Positions 47,633 through 57,159 of a DNA stretch of 64,000 nt are shown here, one piece after another. Position numbers and translations under genes: made by a program. Source of the stretch: Candidatus Acidiferrales bacterium (lineage in GTDB: Bacteria > Patescibacteriota > Microgenomatia > Levybacterales > UBA12049); contig DATLSZ010000029.1 of NCBI GenBank assembly GCA_035533875.1, forward strand, positions 31,636 through 95,635, read 5' to 3'. The number at the start of each line of letters is the position of its first letter. Positions within the stretch are counted from its first letter, which is position 1. Under the pieces are notes generated by a model. It had not been told where the DNA came from, did no database searches, and saw only the letters and a list, made by a program, of their open reading frames with translations.

Positions 47633-48222
47633 AGAATATTTCAATCGGTGTACTCGCTCTTCAAGGTGATTTTTGGGAACACGTACAAATTTTATCCCAA
47701 CTTGGAATATCTGCAAAAGAGATCAGACTTCCTAAAGATCTCGAAAACATTGATGGTATTATTTTCCCCGGCGGTGAGAGTACGACCATCGCCCAGTTGA
47801 TGGATGTTTTTCATTTGCGAAAACCACTTATAGAGCAGATTCAAAAAGGCATGCCAGTATGGGGAACATGCGCAGGAATGATTCTTCTCGCAAAAAAATT
47901 AGTACAAGCCCGTCCGACACCGCTTGGTGTAATGGATATTATTGTAGACCGTAATGCGTTCGGTAGACAAATTGACAGTTTTACCGTGCCACTATCAATA
48001 AAACCGTTGGGTCAAAAAACAATGGAGGCGACATTTATCAGAGCACCGATAATAAATGAAGTTGGATCGGGAGTTTCAATACTTTCTCAGCTTGATGACG
48101 GAACGATTGTTGCCGCTCAGCAAAACAATATGCTCGCGACGTCGTTCCATCCTGAGCTGACACAAGAAACACGAGTTCATGAATATTTTCTCTCTTTGGT
48201 GGAAAAGAGAAAAACCTTGTAG
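47626..48222 (+). CDS. pdxT: pyridoxal 5'-phosphate synthase glutaminase subunit
   Basis: [10 protein letters not shown] and the catalytic GTCAGM, as in PdxT/YaaE. Confidence 0.88.
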   Translation: MVKNISIGVLALQGDFWEHVQILSQLGISAKEIRLPKDLENIDGIIFPGGESTTIAQLMDVFHLRKPLIEQIQKGMPVWGTCAGMILLAKKLVQARPTPLGVMDIIVDRNAFGRQIDSFTVPLSIKPLGQKTMEATFIRAPIINEVGSGVSILSQLDDGTIVAAQQNNMLATSFHPELTQETRVHEYFLSLVEKRKTL

Positions 48223-48231
48223 AAGTTTATA

Positions 48232-48948
48232 TCAAACTATCCTGCTGCTTTGTCCAAATTTTTGCAGCACCTCAACGACTTCTTCTGGCGGAAGTTTGGC
48301 AATGTCAATATCTTCAGCTTTTGCAACAAGCACCCCTTTGAGAATATTTTTTGCCTGGAGAGCATCGGTCCGAGTCAAGTTGGGAATTTTTACCACAATC
48401 GGGTTATTCATTCCCGGACTTGCTGACTGCGGCATATAGCGTATCGTAATGGTTGCGAGGAAAAGAAACGTCTGTACATTGACGTCTGATAAATCTTTGA
48501 GCGGAATGGTTGTGATATATTCTGTGGCAAAAAGCTGCTTTTTGGCAATACTCACTTTTGTTGTATCAATACTGAGCGTATCAGTGAATATGGTAAACGG
48601 GAAAACAGACTGGACGTGCAGCATTTCAATATCATGACGGGCGGTGATCGTTTGGACACGCTGCCTGTTCTCTTCTGTTTCTTTTGCATGGATCTGTATC
48701 GCTTCTTCTTTTCCTTTTTGCCGAATTCCTTTATCTCTATTTTTATTTACTTTTTTTTCTAGCTCTCTCCGCTCATCTTTTCGTCCCTCTCGATAAGCTG
48801 CCTCGATGATTTTTCTGTATTCAATACGCGATAAAGTAAGGACATTTTTATTTACTGTTCTATATGCTGTTTCTTTTCTTTGCTCTTCAGAAAATATTAC
48901 TGCATTTTTTATCATGCACATGAGCATAGCAAGGTTATGAAAGAACAA
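48232..48948 (-). CDS. hypothetical protein
   Basis: 238-aa ORF with a charged K/E/R-rich N-terminal half; no motif recognised. Confidence 0.4.
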   Translation of the reverse strand: MFFHNLAMLMCMIKNAVIFSEEQRKETAYRTVNKNVLTLSRIEYRKIIEAAYREGRKDERRELEKKVNKNRDKGIRQKGKEEAIQIHAKETEENRQRVQTITARHDIEMLHVQSVFPFTIFTDTLSIDTTKVSIAKKQLFATEYITTIPLKDLSDVNVQTFLFLATITIRYMPQSASPGMNNPIVVKIPNLTRTDALQAKNILKGVLVAKAEDIDIAKLPPEEVVEVLQKFGQSSRIV

Positions 48949-49007
48949 AAGCGTAATGCGGTAAGAGATCGTTAAGAATGACTACTCAGAACTGATATAA
49001 TTGAAAA

Positions 49008-49904
49008 ATGAAATTTTCAGTGAAACAGAAAGCAATTGCCGCAGTATGTATTGTTGCTTTGAGTTATGTTTTGCTTAATGTGGCAACCCGTTTTATGAAT
49101 GCTGGTTTTGGACCGTTTACACAGGTCTATCTCCGGATCGGATTGGGACTCATGTTGACAGCTCTCTTTTTCATGAAAGAAATTCATCCAGCTAAATTTT
49201 TGAAAACCGGCACGAGAGACTGGTTATTACTTCTCTTGATGGGAACAGCGGGATATGGACTTGCTGTTGATTTCATAACACTTGGGATATTGCATACCAA
49301 GCTTCTTAATGTCTCCGTTATTACTGCAACAACGCCTCTTTTTGTTTTTCTTTTTACTATTTTCATGCTGCGAAAAAAAATCCGGTATTCTTTGCTGTTC
49401 TATTTAATTTTGTCGTTTTATGGCGTATATGTTATCGCGACGAAATCATTCCTCGCTGCTATTTCTAACTTCGGCATAGGTGATCTGTATGTACTGTTCT
49501 TTGCGATGGGATTGGGTGCGTATATTCTGGGAAGAAAATTTCTTTCCAAGCATCTTAATAATTCGGAAATAACGCTCATAGTTCTTGTTATTGCATTTGT
49601 GTGTTCACTCATTACTGCTTTGATTTTTGGAGAACAGTTATCTGCTTCAGGTTTTTTCAATTCGGCTGCTCTTTTTGGACTGATCTTGGCTGGAATGTTG
49701 ATTCTTGTTGCGACAAAGCTGCAGAATTTTGGTTTTGACAAACTTGACTCTGTTGTTGGATCACAGATCATGCTCCTTCAGATTGTTGTAGCGCCTGTGT
49801 TGGGGTTTGTTTTATACAAAGAAACGATACTTCCGGTGGAATTTGCGGGAGCAGCGCTTGTCGTTATCGGTGTCTGGGCGTATATCAGGCAGGCGAAAGA
49901 TTAG
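49008..49904 (+). CDS. DMT-superfamily (EamA-like) transporter
   Basis: Ten predicted TM helices arranged as two EamA-like halves. Confidence 0.7.
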   Translation: MKFSVKQKAIAAVCIVALSYVLLNVATRFMNAGFGPFTQVYLRIGLGLMLTALFFMKEIHPAKFLKTGTRDWLLLLLMGTAGYGLAVDFITLGILHTKLLNVSVITATTPLFVFLFTIFMLRKKIRYSLLFYLILSFYGVYVIATKSFLAAISNFGIGDLYVLFFAMGLGAYILGRKFLSKHLNNSEITLIVLVIAFVCSLITALIFGEQLSASGFFNSAALFGLILAGMLILVATKLQNFGFDKLDSVVGSQIMLLQIVVAPVLGFVLYKETILPVEFAGAALVVIGVWAYIRQAKD

Positions 49905-49973
49905 TGGTTTAGCATCTCGTGTTTAAACAGTTTGGTATATTCATTTTTTGTGACCCACTTCATTTGGTTAAAT

Positions 49974-50033
49974 TTCGGGGTATTGCACTAGCACCACAAG
50001 TGTCTATTATCATGGCAAGGTGGCATTCGTCAC
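49974..50033. repeat. dispersed roughly 65-bp element, copy A (TTCGGGGTATTGCA...GGCATTCGTC)
   Basis: About 85% identical to copy B at 54053-54118. Lies between convergent genes. Confidence 0.6.
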
Positions 50034-50072
50034 TGCAAAATGCACACACAAAACTGGTTCTTTATTAAAAGA

Positions 50073-51959
50073 TTAAAAGAGATCTTCTGTGGCTATTCGT
50101 TGTGTGATGACGTGTTCGGGAAGTTCTGTAATAAATCGAGAGACCGTATTGGCTGTCCGCTGTCCGAAAAAGAGCCGGCGTCTTGCATACGTCAGAAAAA
50201 GTTTTTCTTTTGCCCGGGTCATGCCAACATAACACAGTCTCCGTTCTTCTTCGAGCTCAGATTTATCCATAAGAGATCGTGAATGCGGGAAGAGTCCCTC
50301 TTCCATGCCGATGATAAAAACGATCGGGAATTCAAGCCCTTTTGCTGCGTGGAGAGTCATCAGCGTGATTGCGTTTTTCTTCTCACCGTCAGGTTGTTTA
50401 TCCGAATGATATTCTTGTTCAACAAGTGCCACATTTTCCAGAAAATCCGTCAGATCGGGAAATTCGATCGCAACGGATCTTAATTCTTTAATATTTTCCA
50501 GACGTGCACGATCTTCTTCACTCTTTTCATCATAGAGGTCGAGATAGCCGGTTGCCTTGATAACTCCATCTAGGACATCTATGGTTTTGGGAAAACTCGG
50601 AGAATTCAGAGTTTCAGATAGCTCGGAATCTTCGATTTTCTGATCTTCAGATTTTTCTGGAGGCTGAGTATTCTGAGTTTTTAGGATTGTTTCCTGAAAT
50701 TCCAGAAACCGCTGGAGTCTCCCCTTTCCGAGTTTTTCAATCCTTCTATATGACACCATGTCTTTGGGATTATTAATAACGCGGAGATAGGCGAGGATAT
50801 CTTTGATTTCTTTCCGTTCGTAAAATCTCGTACCCCCTATCAAAAGATACGGCAATCCATGATGCAGTAATGCTTCTTCGAGGACGCGGGATTGGGCGTT
50901 GGTTCTGTACAAAACAGCTACGTGGTTGAGCCGTTTTAATCCAAGATTGGCGACAGTGCGTATGATGAAATCCGCTTCATCTTGTTCGTTCTCCGCTTCA
51001 TACAGTTCAATTTCTTCTCCCAGTGGATTCTGGGTCCACAGTTTCAAAACAGGATGACTGGTGTTTCTTGCAATGACCGTTGACGCACCGTCAAGGATTT
51101 TTTGTGTCGAGCGATAGTTTTGTGAAAGTGAAAACGTTTTTGTTCCCGGGAAATCATCCTTGAACCGGCTGAGATTACGGTAATCAGCACCACGCCAGCT
51201 ATAAATACTTTGTGAGAAATCACCGACGACACAGATATTGTTCCACTTTGCTGCTAAGAGTTTGGTCAGCACATATTGTGCGCGGTTGGTATCCTGGTAT
51301 TCGTCAACCAGAATATATTGAAAATTATGTTGATAACGCTTGAGAATCTGATCATGCTCACGGAAAAGCCGGATTGTATGTAAAATCAGATCATCAAAAT
51401 CCAGTGCGTCATTTTCTTTGAGGATTGCCTGATAGACAGGATAAATTTTTGCAACAGTATCCTGAAAATACCCGCGCGCAAAGTTTTTATAATCAGCTGC
51501 AGTTATGATCTCGTTTTTTGCCTGTGAGATAGTTGCATGGATTGAATGGGGTTTGAAATCTCTTGTTGAGATATCAAGTCGCTGCATTGCTTCTTTCACT
51601 GCATCCAGCTGGTCCTGTGAATCATAAATGATAAAATTGTGGGAAAATCCCAGATGATGGCTTTCCCGGCGGAGGATTTTTGCACACATAGCATGGAATG
51701 TTGCAATCCAGGGAAGCGGCTGGTCAGGCAAGAATTTCCTCATGCGCTCTTTCATTTCTGCGGCAGCTTTGTTGGTAAACGTGATCATGAGGATTGCTTC
51801 CGGCGCAATTTTTTTCTCAAGCATCAGATACATGACTTTATACGTGAGTACGCGAGTTTTGCCTGATCCCGCTCCTGCAAGAATGATCATCGGGCCGTCT
51901 GTTGTCAGGACTGCTTTTTGCTGCTCGGCATTTAAATCCTTGAGTAATATGTCTTTCAT
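50073..51959 (-). CDS. pcrA: UvrD/PcrA-type ATP-dependent DNA helicase
   Basis: Walker A AGAGSGKT and helicase motifs (TFTNKAA, VDEYQDTN). The start is taken at MKDILLKDLNAEQQ (51959). Confidence 0.85.
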   Translation of the reverse strand: MKDILLKDLNAEQQKAVLTTDGPMIILAGAGSGKTRVLTYKVMYLMLEKKIAPEAILMITFTNKAAAEMKERMRKFLPDQPLPWIATFHAMCAKILRRESHHLGFSHNFIIYDSQDQLDAVKEAMQRLDISTRDFKPHSIHATISQAKNEIITAADYKNFARGYFQDTVAKIYPVYQAILKENDALDFDDLILHTIRLFREHDQILKRYQHNFQYILVDEYQDTNRAQYVLTKLLAAKWNNICVVGDFSQSIYSWRGADYRNLSRFKDDFPGTKTFSLSQNYRSTQKILDGASTVIARNTSHPVLKLWTQNPLGEEIELYEAENEQDEADFIIRTVANLGLKRLNHVAVLYRTNAQSRVLEEALLHHGLPYLLIGGTRFYERKEIKDILAYLRVINNPKDMVSYRRIEKLGKGRLQRFLEFQETILKTQNTQPPEKSEDQKIEDSELSETLNSPSFPKTIDVLDGVIKATGYLDLYDEKSEEDRARLENIKELRSVAIEFPDLTDFLENVALVEQEYHSDKQPDGEKKNAITLMTLHAAKGLEFPIVFIIGMEEGLFPHSRSLMDKSELEEERRLCYVGMTRAKEKLFLTYARRRLFFGQRTANTVSRFITELPEHVITQRIATEDLF

Positions 51960-52037
51960 AGAGTATAATGAAACAATTATAGACTGTTCGGGGTGTCTCC
52001 CCTTGCACAAGAAAAAGGGTACATTTGATTGTAACAC

Positions 52038-52748
52038 ATGAAAAAAATTTATATTGTTGGTAATTGGAAATCCTATAAAACAGTTCAAGAAGCAAAAGCA
52101 TGGCTTGAGAAATTCCAACAGTTACAGCTTCAGTTATCTCCGGATGAGAAGGAAGTAGTTATTTGTCCGTCATTCACCCTACTGCCGTTTATGAGATCTT
52201 TTATTGATGAGAATAAGCTTCTCTTAAAACTTGGCACACAGGATATCTCTCCATTTGATGAAGGAGCGTATACCGGTGCGATCTTTGCAAGAGAGGTGAA
52301 AGAATTCGTGACACATGCAATCGTCGGACATTCCGAACGAAGAAAGTATTTTCACGAAACAGACGCGGATGTCCTTGCAAAAATCAAACAGCTTTTGGCA
52401 AACGATATTACTCCGGTCCTCTGCATCAGTGACATGAAACAGCTTGAATTTTATCTGAAAGAAGATGATGTGCTGATTACCAATGCGGAAAAGATAATTT
52501 TTGTTTATGAGCCGCCGAGTGCTATCAGCGGCGGCGGAGCTTTCCACGCGGCATCTGCTCAAGATATCGATATAAACACTGCAAAGATAGGAAAGATGAT
52601 TGGCAAGACAGTTATTACCCTTTACGGAGGGAGTGTCAATCCCGATAACGCGCATGAGATATTTGCTTTAGAACATGTATCAGGCGGACTTCCTGGACAG
52701 GCGAGTTTGGATCCAGAAAAATTCGCCGCGATCATTAAGGCAATCTAA
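52038..52748 (+). CDS. tpiA: triosephosphate isomerase
   Basis: GNWK, AIVGHSERR and YGGSV motifs. Confidence 0.9.
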   Translation: MKKIYIVGNWKSYKTVQEAKAWLEKFQQLQLQLSPDEKEVVICPSFTLLPFMRSFIDENKLLLKLGTQDISPFDEGAYTGAIFAREVKEFVTHAIVGHSERRKYFHETDADVLAKIKQLLANDITPVLCISDMKQLEFYLKEDDVLITNAEKIIFVYEPPSAISGGGAFHAASAQDIDINTAKIGKMIGKTVITLYGGSVNPDNAHEIFALEHVSGGLPGQASLDPEKFAAIIKAI

Positions 52749-52777
52749 AGATTAATTATTCTACTATTTGCTAACTC

Positions 52778-53977
52778 ATGGATAATGATTATAGACCACA
52801 AACAAGGCGTCGGAGACCAGCCCGCAAGCGGGTGTTTTTTGCTTTATTGGTAGCATTTATTCTTATCTTCGGCGTTTTGATCTGGAAGAGCAGTACTATC
52901 ATTGCGCTTCTCTGGAATACGGGGGTCAGTCAGGTAGCACACTTAGCTCCACATGCTCCTCCTCAGCCAATTAATTTACTCCTTCTGGGTGTTGGCGGAG
53001 CCAAGCATGATGGCCCTGATCTGACCGATACGATAATTTTTATGCATATCGATCCGGTACATAAAAAAGTAATGCTCGTGTCACTCCCGAGAGATCTCTG
53101 GATCCCCGACCTGCATGCCAAAGTCAACGCAGCATATACGTTTGCAAATGAAAAAAGTCCTGGAAGTGGCTTGCTTTATACCAAAACACAGATTGGCAAT
53201 ATACTCGGACAACATATTGATTATGCAATAAAGCTTGATTTCGGGGGGTTTGTGAAAGCGGTCGATATTATGGGCGGACTCGATATCGATGTTGCCCGGA
53301 CGTTTGATGATTATGCATACCCAATCACCGGGAACGAAGATGCAACCTGCGGATTAACAGAAGAGCAAATCGCAAGTGATTCGGCTGCCATTGCTTCGGG
53401 AAGCGCGACAGAGCTTGAATCATTTCCCTGCCGGTATAAGCATATTCATTTTGATAAAGGGATATCGCATATGGACGGTGAGACAGCGCTTGAGTATGTA
53501 CGGTCGCGTCATGCACTTGGTCCCGAGGGATCAGATTTCGCACGGTCCAAACGCCAAGAAAAAGTGATCAGTGCATTTAAAGCAAAACTGTTTTCATTAG
53601 GTACTCTTTCAAATCCGGTGAAAGTAATCGATCTGGTTAATACCCTTCAGGGAAGTTTTGAAACAGATATTCCTCAGAGCAAATATAGTGATTGGATTAC
53701 GATAGCCCAGGATATGAAGGGTGCAAAGATATCCAGTGCAGTTATTGATACAGGTGACACGGAAAATGACCAATATGGGCTTCTTACCAATCCGCCAATA
53801 AGTGATGATTACGGCGGCGCATGGGTGCTCGTCCCTCGGGCTGGCCCGACAGATTATTCGGAGATTCAACAGTATGTGTCATGTCAGGTAGCGGGAAAGA
53901 ATTGTATTGTGGGGCAGTACGGCATCGTTACACCGACGCTCGCTCCAAAGCCCACAAAGGCAGTTACGAAGCAATAG
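52778..53977 (+). CDS. LytR-CpsA-Psr (LCP) family cell-envelope polymer transferase
   Basis: N-terminal TM helix followed by the LCP domain (INLLLLGVGG...DTIIFMHIDP...VSLPRD). Confidence 0.8.
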   Translation: MDNDYRPQTRRRRPARKRVFFALLVAFILIFGVLIWKSSTIIALLWNTGVSQVAHLAPHAPPQPINLLLLGVGGAKHDGPDLTDTIIFMHIDPVHKKVMLVSLPRDLWIPDLHAKVNAAYTFANEKSPGSGLLYTKTQIGNILGQHIDYAIKLDFGGFVKAVDIMGGLDIDVARTFDDYAYPITGNEDATCGLTEEQIASDSAAIASGSATELESFPCRYKHIHFDKGISHMDGETALEYVRSRHALGPEGSDFARSKRQEKVISAFKAKLFSLGTLSNPVKVIDLVNTLQGSFETDIPQSKYSDWITIAQDMKGAKISSAVIDTGDTENDQYGLLTNPPISDDYGGAWVLVPRAGPTDYSEIQQYVSCQVAGKNCIVGQYGIVTPTLAPKPTKAVTKQ

Positions 53978-54052
53978 TAAGTTTTATTTAGAATTTCTTT
54001 TTTCGCTCGGTATACAAATTTTCTTGGACCCTCCTCTATTTGAAGCCGTACA

Positions 54053-54118
54053 TTCGGGGTATTGCATTAGCATCACATTTGTTTATGATCATAGCAAGGT
54101 GGCATTCGTCCTAGCGAA
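54053..54118. repeat. dispersed roughly 65-bp element, copy B
   Basis: Matches copy A at 49974-50033 and a partial copy at 30799-30817. Lies between convergent genes. Confidence 0.6.
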
Positions 54119-54163
54119 ATTTATATACCTCGCTTTTAAATATTGGTAAGAAAAAAACTAGTT

Positions 54164-56431
54164 CTAGTTTATCTTATAGATCCTCGTATTTCCATGTTCG
54201 TAGACAATGTGTCCGAGCGTCAGGAATTTTTGTTCACTCAAGTTGGGATATTTTTGGACTTCAAGTGTTCCGATATAGACATACTGGATATGATATTTGC
54301 TGATAAGCAGTTTGGCAGTTTGCAGGTCGGTTGTATTATAGAGCGTTTTGACTTCTTCGATTCTTGGTGCGGGTATATCATAGGTTCCCCTCCAAAGCCA
54401 CTCATGGACAGTCCATCCAAGCACTGTCGGAAGTCCTGTATTTGCAGAAATTCTTGCATAGTCTGTATAAGAATCACCCTGCGCCTCAAGTATCACCGGC
54501 TGGCCTTTGATGTTTTTATTCAGCCATTGAATAGCGTCATAGTCATCCGGATATAATGTCTTTAAATAATTAATACCATCAAGCCCTTGATAATTTTTAA
54601 AATTACCATAATATGCATTGACTGCCAGGTACGGATAAGTCATCACGAGACATACAAGAACCGTCGATACAGCCAAGAAAAAGATAGTAATGATCCGCTG
54701 TTTTATTTGTTGATACATCAGGTTGGTTGCCATTCTGACAATAATATACGCGCTGCTAAGGGCGAGCATCATAAATGCCTGGAAGACGAGTTTGAACATT
54801 GTGTTGGCACGATAATAAGTCGGGTAAATATCCTTCAAATAGAAAAATTCCGGAATGAGGATAAGAAACGTTGAAAGGATGATCAGAAGAATAACAAATA
54901 CATCGGTCTGGGTCTGACGCTTGGAACGAAAGATAAATATTGCAAAAGAGATGACAAAGAAATAAAAGAATCCATAAAGGGTGAGTAGTTCCCACCAATA
55001 CGACCGCTCACAGTGACTTGGCTCAAAAAGAAATGGTCCGATTTTGCCGATATGCGTGAGAAAGTCCGGCGCACAGATAACGCCAATCCCTGACGCAAAT
55101 GGTTTAAAAAAGATATTGTACGGCGTTGAGAAAAGGAAGACCGCCGCAGTCATGAGGATAATTAAGAGGAAATAATCACGTCCCCAGGCAATATGCCATT
55201 CATTCGGCAGCTTTAAAATACCGCTCTTTTTTTTGTTCTTCGTGATGATTTTATAAGCCGCTTCTTCTTTTCCGAATGCTTTTTTGTAGAGCGGCGTTCT
55301 CCGGGCCTGCACATACATGATTGTCATTGCTGCAAGCATCCAGTAGATAGCGCCGTCCCACGCGTTGGTCATATACATACAGGCAAGCAGAAGTCCGATA
55401 AAAAGGAGATACAGTGGATGTATTTTGAATGTCTGATCAACGGTAACTTTCTTTTCAAATTCTTGGTCGGTTTGCTTGATAAGTAGTGAGAAAAGAAATG
55501 CTATCGTCAATAGAACAAAAGGGATATCCAGCACGTGCCCGTGGAGATCAGCAACCGTCCATGAATAGATCGGGAACTCATGGATCGTATGATAGATAAA
55601 GCGAGTGGCATTAGGATACCAATAACTATTGGGGAATGAAAACGGTTTGAATGCCAGCTGCCACATCGGCACAACATTGTTCGTATCATATGGTTTGAAA
55701 AACGCATAAAGAATATGCAGATTGCCTCCCATTGTAACAAGACACGCGGTAAGAATACCCGAAAGGACGAGTTTTAATTTTAGCACTTTGTCGGTTTTGA
55801 CAAGGTGATAATATAAATTTGCGCCGAGTGAAAAAGTCTGCGTAAAACAAAATGCGACAATCGATGAAAGCATAAGATTGAATGTAATATATGAAGGAAG
55901 GCCTGAGAGTTTGGTAAGCATCGCGGTTGCCAAATGACCAAAGTAATAATAATTTATGGTATATGGCGTGAACCACATGTCTTTAGGCGGAAAGTAATCG
56001 GAGCGGAGCAGTGAATTGACAAACCCAAAATCCATGAATTTTTCAAGACCATGGATATCAGGAGCAAACGAGTGGATATATGCCCAAACAAAAAGTACCG
56101 CGAGGAACAATGCTTCTTCAAAAGCAAATGTCAGCCATGAATGCTTCACTATATTCCAGAATTTCCACTTTTGCGGAAAAAGAAAGTACGATCCGAGAGC
56201 AAGGATAACTGCTATTGCGATAATTGTAGGATAAGTGAACGGCGCGATATGAAAGGTTCCGAGAACTAAAACTCCATAACCGACAAGAATGACACCGATT
56301 ATTTTTGAAAATAGATAGCCTTTATCAAAAAAAAGTGAAAAAAGCCTGAATGTTACCGGCGTGAAAGCAATGCCCAAGATAACGAGCACCAGCCACCATT
56401 GTAATACCGCATAGATGTCGGAATGAAGCAT
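54164..56431 (-). CDS. large polytopic membrane protein, possible GT-C-fold glycosyltransferase/polymerase (YfhO/DUF2298-like)
   Basis: 755 aa with more than 15 TM helices and aromatic-rich loops. No exact family motif was identified. Confidence 0.45.
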   Translation of the reverse strand: MLHSDIYAVLQWWLVLVILGIAFTPVTFRLFSLFFDKGYLFSKIIGVILVGYGVLVLGTFHIAPFTYPTIIAIAVILALGSYFLFPQKWKFWNIVKHSWLTFAFEEALFLAVLFVWAYIHSFAPDIHGLEKFMDFGFVNSLLRSDYFPPKDMWFTPYTINYYYFGHLATAMLTKLSGLPSYITFNLMLSSIVAFCFTQTFSLGANLYYHLVKTDKVLKLKLVLSGILTACLVTMGGNLHILYAFFKPYDTNNVVPMWQLAFKPFSFPNSYWYPNATRFIYHTIHEFPIYSWTVADLHGHVLDIPFVLLTIAFLFSLLIKQTDQEFEKKVTVDQTFKIHPLYLLFIGLLLACMYMTNAWDGAIYWMLAAMTIMYVQARRTPLYKKAFGKEEAAYKIITKNKKKSGILKLPNEWHIAWGRDYFLLIILMTAAVFLFSTPYNIFFKPFASGIGVICAPDFLTHIGKIGPFLFEPSHCERSYWWELLTLYGFFYFFVISFAIFIFRSKRQTQTDVFVILLIILSTFLILIPEFFYLKDIYPTYYRANTMFKLVFQAFMMLALSSAYIIVRMATNLMYQQIKQRIITIFFLAVSTVLVCLVMTYPYLAVNAYYGNFKNYQGLDGINYLKTLYPDDYDAIQWLNKNIKGQPVILEAQGDSYTDYARISANTGLPTVLGWTVHEWLWRGTYDIPAPRIEEVKTLYNTTDLQTAKLLISKYHIQYVYIGTLEVQKYPNLSEQKFLTLGHIVYEHGNTRIYKIN

Positions 56432-56517
56432 AATAATAAGTTCTAATTCCTAGGTTCTAATTCCTAAAGTGTTATTATATTTTGATTATCAATAATTAAA
56501 TTTTGGGTCTTGTTTAG

Positions 56518-57093
56518 CTATTTGGAATTAGGTATTAGGTTTTTTGTATTTGCAAAGATATCTGCCAAGTTTGAAATAGCACTGATATTATCCCCGATTT
56601 TGTCCGGTCGAGTATGTTCATCAAGCCAAAAAAATTTGGTCTGTGGATTATCTTTGGCAACATACCGAACAAGGGACAAGTCATCATCCACAAAAATATC
56701 AAGATTGAGCTTTTTCAAGATGTCATTTTTAAATTCATGCGGCTGCTTATTGTCATAGTTAAAATAGAGTTTATCAAAAATTTTATCCAAATGATATTTA
56801 TTTATGAGCCGTTGTGTTTCTGGTTCTAGAAATTTAAATCTGCTTGAAATAAGAAAAAGTTGGTTGTTTTTATCTTTTGCAAGCTCTTTTAAGAAAGATA
56901 GGTTTTGTTTCATCGGCGGTCGAAGAAATGGGTGATGTGATGGCTTTCTCAGTATCAGTTGTTCTGCACGTGAAGGAATTCTGTACAAGAGTATGCCATT
57001 GTCCCGCTGCTTATAAAATTTGTTAATGATGGAAATGGGTACAAATGGCGGCGTGTTGATGAAAATTTTGTCCAGATCAAAACCTATTTTCAT
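56518..57093 (-). CDS. HAD-superfamily hydrolase-like protein
   Basis: Motif I FDLDK near the proposed start MKIGFDLD, and motif IV FVDDD. Confidence 0.45.
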   Translation of the reverse strand: MKIGFDLDKIFINTPPFVPISIINKFYKQRDNGILLYRIPSRAEQLILRKPSHHPFLRPPMKQNLSFLKELAKDKNNQLFLISSRFKFLEPETQRLINKYHLDKIFDKLYFNYDNKQPHEFKNDILKKLNLDIFVDDDLSLVRYVAKDNPQTKFFWLDEHTRPDKIGDNISAISNLADIFANTKNLIPNSK

Positions 57094-57159
57094 ATGTGAA
57101 CTTAAAATACAACTGTCCTTTATTATATACAAAATATGACTGTTAATGCCAGAGAAGTT

